This document shows positions 48,821 to 57,230 of a stretch of DNA of 57,230 nt, in pieces. The stretch covers positions 1-57,230 of the forward strand of contig NW_021833631.1 in NCBI RefSeq assembly GCF_006345805.1. Reading direction: 5' to 3'. Numbering within the stretch: position 1 is the stretch's first letter; every line of letters begins with the position of its first letter. Source of the stretch: Octopus sinensis (lineage: Eukaryota). Both the position numbers and the translations under genes were made by a program. The notes below the pieces were generated by a model. The model saw nothing but the letters and a program-made list of their open reading frames with translations, searched no databases and was not told the origin of the DNA.

Positions 48821-49608
48821 CGAGAGTAACCAAGAGTAATTGGAAACGTTCCTCTGAGTGACAAACCCATTGTAGTTAAGGCTTCCGCTGCCAGAAACCA
48901 CTTGATACGACCTTCAGGCATCAGTCTGCTCTGCGCATCGTCGGGTAGAATCGTACTGCCATGCGGTGGGTTTCTTTACAGTGCTTCTTTCTGTTTGTTG
49001 ATTTTTGCGATGGCTGAAACGAAGGAACAACATGCTTCCATGAAATTCTTTCTGCTGGAGAAAACGGTAGTCGAAGCAGTTGTCATGCTTCAAACAGCTT
49101 ACAAGAGCACTGCCATGAGCAAAACAGGAATTTACGAGTGGCTTTAGGAACAGTCACTTGTCGCTTGAAGGTCAACCTCGTTCAGGACGGCCGTCGACCT
49201 CCTGAACGAGTGAAAACATCGTGAAAATTCCTGAACTGATTTCGGAAGACCGTCACCGAACAATTGACAAACGTGTTGATATAACTAACTAGTGTATCCT
49301 GCAATTCCCTGCCAACGGAAGATCAACAGCATACACGATTGAAAGCGTGTCGTGAACTGAAAGAAGAGTTGGAAAGCTGGTGCTACAACATTTGGAAATG
49401 TGGAAGAGATGAAGAAGAAAAAAACGACGGAGGCGTTAAAAGGCATCACTTCGCAAGAGTTCCAGCACTGATTCGAATAATGGAAAACGCACCTGGACTG
49501 ATGTATTACTTCAAATGGAGAATACTTTGAAGGCGATAAAAGTGCAAACATTTAAAAGTGGATAAAATATCAATGCAAACTTTCGGATTCTTTTGGTTAC
49601 CTGTCTCG
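48821..49608 (+). mobile_element. Internally deleted mariner element (~790 bp)
   Basis: MAETKEQHASMKF...MLQTAYKSTAMSKTGIYEW and GQPRSGRPST; degenerate TIRs cgagagtaaccaa / ttggttacctgtctcg|TA. Confidence 0.85.
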
Positions 49609-50027
49609 TATACAAATACTTGGTGTGACGAATAAATTGTCGCCATTTTAGATTTTTAATTTCGCGCATGCGCATTATTTGTTTTGGGCTTTGTCCACTA
49701 AACAGTATAGTAGGGTCAGTAGGACGATTTCACCTCGTGAGCAAATATTATTTGCTTGCTAAACTGAAATCAGAAGCCAATTGGTCCAGGAAACTTGATG
49801 GTAACATGTTTTTATTTTTTCATTTCGTTCCTGTCGCAATTTATCCCTAATTTTTGTGGTTATAGAACCTAGCTGTTCTTTCTAGCGTGTTGAATTCCAC
49901 GAGTAGATTCCAAAAATGTGTTAAATGTACACTATATATTATAACTAATTCATAGTTTTTTAGGACTAAACTTTTACACTTTAGGCCACTGGAAGCGAAA
50001 ATTTAATTAATTTTCATTTCCGTTTGA

Positions 50028-50085
<58 letters not shown>

Positions 50086-50115
50086 TTGTATATATATATA
50101 TATATATTATATATA

Positions 50116-50170
<55 letters not shown>

Positions 50171-50844
50171 CAAGGGTTGATCAGACAGAACACAAGGAGA
50201 AAAAGTTAGACGAAAGCGGAGCAAACGGGAAACTACACGAAAACTTAACAGACGGGAAACATAGAAAAAGACACGATACATGGAATATTCGCAGCTGAGT
50301 TTTCCTCGTCTGTCAACGAGCCAAAATATCATAGTTGCTTCGCGCCATTATCATTGAAACCAGTCAATCTTGGAGACGCCAGTGCTGTTATTAAGCTACT
50401 GGGAAAAGGCTAGCAAATGTATACTGAGATAGAAACAAACAAAACATTATATAAAGACAACAGTCAAAGAATTATGCATATATAACACCACGAAGCCTTA
50501 CGGCTATATAGAACAGAAGAAAAAAGAATAATAATTATACAGATACCAGAAACACGACAGAAAGAGCTTTGCAGCTATCGAACGAATTTAAGTGGGGTTG
50601 CGCAAGGTGAAATGGAGTAAGTCCTAATGAACGTAACAGGAGCCCATCTACACCCCCCACACACAAACGCACGCGCACACATACACATACACATACACAC
50701 ACACGTTTCCTGCTATGGACCGCCGTCTCATTCAAAGAGATTGTTGTGATGCAGGTGACTTACACCTTGGAAACCGAGTAACTGGTCCTATAAGTCAGAA
50801 AAGGAAAAAAAGGAAAGAAAAAAGACTAAATTTATTACTCTACA

Positions 50845-51115
50845 GGCGCAGGCATGGAAGGTTAAGAAGCTCGTTTTGTAACCATGTAGTTCCGGGTTCA
50901 CTTTGAGCAGCTGTCTTCAATTATAGCCCCGGGCCGACCAATGCCTTTTGAGCGAATTTCGTAGCAAGAACTGTGTGGAAGGCCTTTGTGTATGTATTTA
51001 TAAACAGATATGTGTGCGTTTCTCTGTGTTTGTCTCCCATCACTCCTTCACAACCGGTGCTGGTTTGTTTGCGATTAATTCGATTAAATCCTTCAATCAC
51101 TGAAAGAAGTAAAGA
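50845..51115 (+). mobile_element. SINE family 1, degenerate
   Basis: ggcgcaggcatgg...accatgtagttccgggttca...gtcttcaattatagccccgggccgaccaatgcc. Confidence 0.75.
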
Positions 51116-51236
51116 TAAGTATAAACGACGCATGTACATATACATACACAGGCACATATATTTACATATATATTTGCACGTGTACGTGAGAAATATGTGC
51201 ATGTGTGTGTGTGTGTGAGTGTGAGTGTGTGTGTGT

Positions 51237-51277
<41 letters not shown>

Positions 51278-52248
51278 CCAAGGACTCGCATTTATATGTA
51301 TAGTGCCGATTTAGTGTTAAAAATAATTCTTAAAAATTATCCACGTCTAAAACCATGTCCCTGCTTTACGTCAATGGAAAGAAATATAAGAAAGAAATAA
51401 AGAAAAAGAAACTTATAAGAATAACAAAAGCGACAATGGATATCATTTTCATCATAAATGGCAGCTAATGTTTCTACTGTTCCATCACATGACTGCTAGT
51501 TGTTAGTTGAAGTGCTGCTAAACCGTGTCACAAAACACCCTCCAAGTTAATCTTCTCGGCCGTAGGTCACAATTGTAAATCTTTTGTTAACACTCTGTGT
51601 CCGGCACTTGAGAAAGCTATATGTTCCTTCTGTCAGCTGAATGTAATTGAAATAGGACACCGTTGGGATCAAAATGGATAGAATAACAAATATACAATAA
51701 TAACATTTTGTGATAATTGTTTTCGTCTCATAGCCAAAGAAGTATTAAGAAAACAAACGTGACAATGGATTTTTTTTTTATTGTATACATAATCCTTTGT
51801 TTTAAAATAATGTAACTTGGTTGAGACTAAGCTAGTTAAACAGTAAGCAAAAACACACAAACAAGCAAAAAGCACCACTTCTATAGTGCCCTCGATCTTA
51901 AACTCGCATACATTCATTCACGTGATGCTCAGAGATACATAAATATAAGTATATTATTATTATTACTATTATCATTATTATTATTATTATCATTATTATT
52001 ATTATTATTATTATTTGTATAAGTTATAAAGTGATTCAAAGACCGACAGTTTCCATATCATGGCTATTTGATTATTGCGTCATTTTGTAACTCTCATCGA
52101 TTAATATATATGCATACCTATATTTGCGTAAATGCACACACACACATTCACACACATAGTCACACACACGCACACACACACATTCACACACATACATACA
52201 CACGCACGCACACACACATACACAGACACACACACGCACACTCAGATG

Positions 52249-52280
<32 letters not shown>

Positions 52281-52613
52281 CACACACACACAATAAGAAC
52301 ACAACTGGAATTCAAAATTCACAACAGCTCTTTCAGCAACATTCTATCGATGCATTCATAGATTATATAGATTACATCAAGGCAAAATGTCCTCCATCAA
52401 CAGGTAAATTATAGATAAACACTCAGGTAGGGTAGAATTATGAGATGACTCGCTCACCAACTACATAGTAGAACAAGTTCTGCCGAAGTAGTTGTTTGGA
52501 ATTTTGAACCCTACCGGCAATATTTTATAAATACCCTACCGTTGGATCTACAGCTTATATGGGACTGGGTACATATATATGCATATATTATCATCATCAT
52601 CATCATCATCATC

Positions 52614-52679
<66 letters not shown>

Positions 52680-53054
52680 AAATACATGTATTCATGCATA
52701 AAAGACACAGACACAGACACATATACATACATAAATGGTGTTAATGGAAATTTTTAATATACTAGAGCGGTGTTATAAAATATTGGTTTTTAAAAGTTGA
52801 AGTGTATAAATGTAATTGCAGGTATTCATGTTAATAATTAGTTTGTGACAGAAATCAGTTGAATTTTATAAGAATAAAATTTTGGGCAGGCCAAAGAATT
52901 ATGAATACAAGTGTGATTGTTAAAAAAATTAAGCGTATATCACCGCTGTATTCTAGATTCTTTATCGGTATCACTACAATAGAATCGACTTCAATGTTGT
53001 GAATTTGATAGTTCTCATACTTCAGTATTTTGATTTGAAGATTTAGTTAGTTAG

Positions 53055-53360
53055 TAAGTTAATTTTTTGGCTCAAAAAGCAAAAAAGCAACGCCATGTTG
53101 GGGGACATGGAGTTATGTACAGGGTGGCGTTCATGTAAAAAGTTCAGGCCACTTGTGGTCAAAGGAGACTTTGAACCGAGCGGTCGTCGGCATTTTCAGC
53201 ATCTCGTCCGGCAGCTTATTCCACGGATCCGCAACCCGGACGGAGAAAGCCCCTCTCCTTCGACTGAGATGAAATCGTCGCAGATAGAGCTTTTCGGACC
53301 GACCCCGCAGCCGACGCTGATGTTGTGAGCAAGAATGAGATCACCACAGCGTCGTCGTTG
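53055..53360 (-). mobile_element. CR1-like LINE 3' end
   Basis: Minus strand RRLRGRSEKLYLRRFHLSRRRGAFSVRVADPWNKLPDEMLKMPTTARFKVSFDHKW. Confidence 0.85.
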
Positions 53361-53912
53361 TTATGTGCTTAGTCAACATATCCAATTAGAGAATAAGAAA
53401 TTATAAAATTACTATTAAAGTTGTTGACATACATCAGCTGGACCTAAATAATTTATATACACAACGATGCACGCGCGTACGCACACAACTTTAAAATATT
53501 TTCTCACTCGTGTTACCTAAAAAATGGATTTGATATTTTGGGAAAGTATATGTTTGGTTGAAATTGAAATGTAATATATACTTTTGAGTACTTATGAAAT
53601 CTGTAACTGTATTAAAGTTAATATCATTAATGATGTTTTTAAATATTGAACTGTTTAACAAAATGAGGTATGTGTATGTGTGTGAGTATGTGCGTGTGAG
53701 TGCATATGTGTGGTATGCATGTTGTGCGTGTGTGTGTATGTGTGTGTGTGTATTTAAATCTATTAATCGGAAATTGTTCCTAAGGAATTAATTAGATGAT
53801 ATATATCGTAAGCTATCTCATAAAATTGGATAGAATCGATATCAATACTGTTATAAGTAACTGAAGAGGACATGTAAGATCAATTCATCAATATAGACGA
53901 TATCTAACTCAC

Positions 53913-53984
53913 TGTATTGTATAGTTCTGTCTATCATTAGGTAACACTGTACTATTTCCTTCTGAGCCTGCGTTGAAGTACAAG
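53913..53984 (-). other. Candidate 72-bp exon
   Basis: Acceptor ttattaacAG and donor ACA|GTGAGT; two frames are open (LYFNAGSEGNSTVLPNDRQNYTI). Confidence 0.25.
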
Positions 53985-54546
53985 CTGTTAATAAATCTTT
54001 ACTGAAAATTTACTAAATGCCGATGTTGCTTGTGTTCTAAGCCCACCGCTTAATCTTATCTCTGAATAAAACAAAAAAAACCTAATAGTTATGAAACAGG
54101 GCATCATGTCAAGAAAATTTTGGCTTTATATGATTTGCTTCTGTGAGTATTTTGCATTTTATACTGGTTTATTTTCAATGGAACACAGGTTGCACATTGA
54201 GTATTGAGGTGAAGGTGGAGTAAGTATTATCTAAATCGTCATAGATCATATATGTCATTTATTGTATGTATTTCCAAACTCGGTCTTGAATAAACGTCAA
54301 ATCATATACCAAAGAGAGATCACGTCTGCTTGGCTGTAGAAATATTGTGATATTGACATATGTGCGTGATGTTACGTTTTCAGTGTTATTAGAACGGCAT
54401 GTACATTTTTTTATACTTGTTTATACATATGTTTGATATACAAGCCTACATACTCAAATAATTAATTTCTAAAAAAAAAACTTTAGTATATGTTTTGCAA
54501 TACAATTTAATAATTGCACTAAGTATAGGCGATACTCATACACACA

Positions 54547-54603
<57 letters not shown>

Positions 54604-55168
54604 CACACACACACACACACACATACACACACACACGCACACACAGACGCGCGCTCACACGTATTAAAATTAGTAATTGTATTTGTGTTGTTAGAATTAT
54701 GATACACGTTTACCATTACATTTTCACGCTGATGGGGAGAGAATTGAAAATGGAGTCGCATAGCTCAGGCTTTCATTACATTCTAAACCATAATGAGAAT
54801 AACTATAATGAGAATAAAGTAATAAAATGAGAGAACATTCGTTTATTTTCATGATGCTACCGCTATTTAAATCAGAAATAAGTTCTGCCCCGTAGCATCT
54901 ATTTATAGCTAGGGACAAAATGTATGTATACATACACATAAGCAGGTATCTATTTGTAAATATTCATGCATTTACGTATTTATACATATATATGTACATG
55001 TGTACACGTTCTCTCTTCTTCCTCTAACTGTTTCTAGGTGTATGTATGTACTTATGCATGCACTTGTGTTCAGTGTCTTTGCTATAAATAGAAAATCAGG
55101 TTATAGAATACAACATTATTTATATTATTTACATTTGACAGATATTTGTACTCATCTTGTTTGTTAAC

Positions 55169-55507
55169 AGTAGCCCGTGCTCTTAACCATTACGCCATAT
55201 GCCCGTGAGCATATGCTACTAACCTCAAGCTTCCGATTTTCGATTTCAGTCAGTGACCTGAATAATAATAATAATATAATAATAATAATAATATAATAAT
55301 AATAATAATAATATAATAATAATAATAATAATATAATAATAATAATAAAATAATAATAATAATAATAAAATGATGATGATGATAATAATAATAATAATAA
55401 TAATAATAATATAATAATAATAATAATAATGAAATAATAATAAAATAATGATGATGATGATGATGATAATAATAACAATAATAATAATAATAATAATAAC
55501 AGCAATA

Positions 55508-55577
<70 letters not shown>

Positions 55578-55580
55578 TAT
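55169..55580. mobile_element. Rearranged tRNA-derived short SINE with a long (AAT)n tail
   Basis: The A-box half (gggcatatggcgtaatggttaagagcacgggctact) is on the minus strand at 55169-55204. The degenerate B-box half is on the plus strand at 55208-55260, followed by (AAT)n. Confidence 0.5.
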
Positions 55581-56704
55581 CAACGGAACATGAGTTTGCT
55601 AAATGATGTCTAACCGGGCCTACTCAACAAAAGCAACTTCACCTATAAAATCCGAAGCCTATTTGGAAAACGTTTAAAACGTTAGATTTGTCTGGCTGGA
55701 TTTGTCCCTAAGGTTAATTGTTGCACTGAGAAAAGACAGCGTTAATTTACATACTATTTTTCCTTCTCCCCCTTTCCCTCTGCAGTAAGTGACAACAGCA
55801 GCAACAAAAACACTCCAAACATATTCTCATTAATACTGAAAATATTTTCATAGCATCTTCATAGATACTTCTCTCGGATATTGGTTTGTCAAACGAAGGT
55901 CAGAAATATTAAGGTCAAAATCATTGGCCTTGTTTATTACATTTTCTGCTATTTATCAGCATCAAGGTAAATGAAATTAAATCATCTTCAAAACAAGAAA
56001 TCTAATTTACACCAAAGTCCAATGCCTTGCTGTTTAGATTAAACTTAGATGGAAAACCACGAACCACGTTTCTATACACACATACGCACGCACACACACA
56101 CGCACACGCACACATACATACACATAAACGCACGGATATGTGTATATGTATGAATGAATATATACATGTATGTGCGTGTATGTGTATGTGTAAATACACA
56201 TATTTATATAATTATGTTGCGAGGGAGTTATTCGCTGGCCAAATTAACTACCAACACCTACAGCACTTTAAATGAACCAAAAAGACAGTTGTCTTCATCC
56301 CCCTGTCCCCGTCACAATAGCAATAGAACCTCCACCCCCTCCTCCTTTACCCCCTCCTCCTCATCCTTCTACCTCTACGCATGCGACTACTGCTTCTTTT
56401 TCTAACTCCTTCTCCCTCCTACGGTGATGAGAAATGTTCAGTGAACCACAACTGAAGTAATTTTCCTAAAATAATTTCCGGGATTTACAATTAGATTTTC
56501 TTATGATTACATTTTCATTTACTGGATCTCCCCTCATCAACCCCCCACCTCAAAAAAGATCAATCCCAACAGCAGCAGCACCAGCTGTAGCAGTAGCAGT
56601 AACAGCAGCATCGCCGCTATCATCAGCATTATCGTCTCCGTTATTATAGTGACCATCATCATTCACGACATAACCAAGTTGCCTATCACGCTTACGTTGT
56701 TGTT

Positions 56705-56762
56705 GTGGATGATGATGATGATGATGAGGAGGAGGAGGAGGAGGAGGAGGATGAGGAGGATG

Positions 56763-56793
<31 letters not shown>

Positions 56794-56886
56794 CGACGAC
56801 GATGATGGTGATGATGATGATGACGACGATGATGATGATGATGATGATGATGACGATGATGATGATGATGGTGATGATGACGACGA

Positions 56887-56918
<32 letters not shown>

Positions 56919-56937
56919 ATGATGACGACGACGATAT
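56705..56937. repeat. (GAT)n/(GAG)n/(GAC)n microsatellite
   Basis: Seen directly. Confidence 0.97.
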
Positions 56938-57230
56938 TAAAGGACGACATCTCATAAACAACATCATCAACTCTATAATTATACTAATTTCAGTAACCTT
57001 GCTGGTGACTGTAGTTGCAATAAATCCAACCCATCTCTCCCGAAAGCTGAACCCATACATTGCTAGAAACCTTTACCTATCACTGTCTCTACTTCAGCAC
57101 CGCATTTCATTTAATACTGGTTATGCTACGAGCACCATTTAACACCAGATTACATCACAACATACAACACACAAATATACACATGCACATTTACATTTAT
57201 ACTCACAAAATATATATATATCATCTCATT

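Noticed and set aside
51511-51681. Cys-containing 56-codon open frame (SAAKPCHK...ICSFCQLN)
   Set aside because: No start codon or convincing acceptor, and no family recognised; compatible with chance or a decayed TE.
56705-57142. Poly-Asp/Glu acidic-protein ORF
   Set aside because: It is a pure GAT/GAC/GAG microsatellite that is open in several frames.

Overview
This 57.2-kb window is AT-rich, repeat-saturated eukaryotic DNA. The SINE families and the microsatellite load suggest a coleoid cephalopod, probably Octopus (inference; no database search was possible). I found no convincing intact host protein-coding gene, and most ORFs in the supplied track are microsatellite artefacts. The window is a mosaic of decayed mobile elements. 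Non-LTR retrotransposons include an R4/Dong-like element (~3 kb, minus) plus a second 5' fragment, an L1/Tx1-like element (~2.8 kb), two RTE fragments, two CR1-like 3' ends and three Penelope-like (PLE) fragments. There are also at least six Tc1/mariner relics, a probable Helitron 3' end and about 20 copies or fragments from several tRNA-derived SINE families. Two signals are not explained by that inventory. (1) About ten hammerhead-ribozyme (HHR)-like motifs occur in several unrelated sequence families. Some sit in PLE terminal repeats, as expected. Others sit in small non-coding units with inverted termini abutting (TA)n: a perfect 132-bp palindrome with an HHR on each strand, a 77-bp-TIR element, an 18-bp-TIR element and a ~337-bp retrozyme-like unit. 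(2) An ~80-90-bp block-conserved, promoter/enhancer-like element (TGACGT, CACCAGATGGC, TTTAAA) is present twice in divergent orientation, 27.6 kb apart. A few weak candidate exons are also flagged. All folds, alignments and translations were done by eye, and element boundaries are approximate unless stated otherwise.
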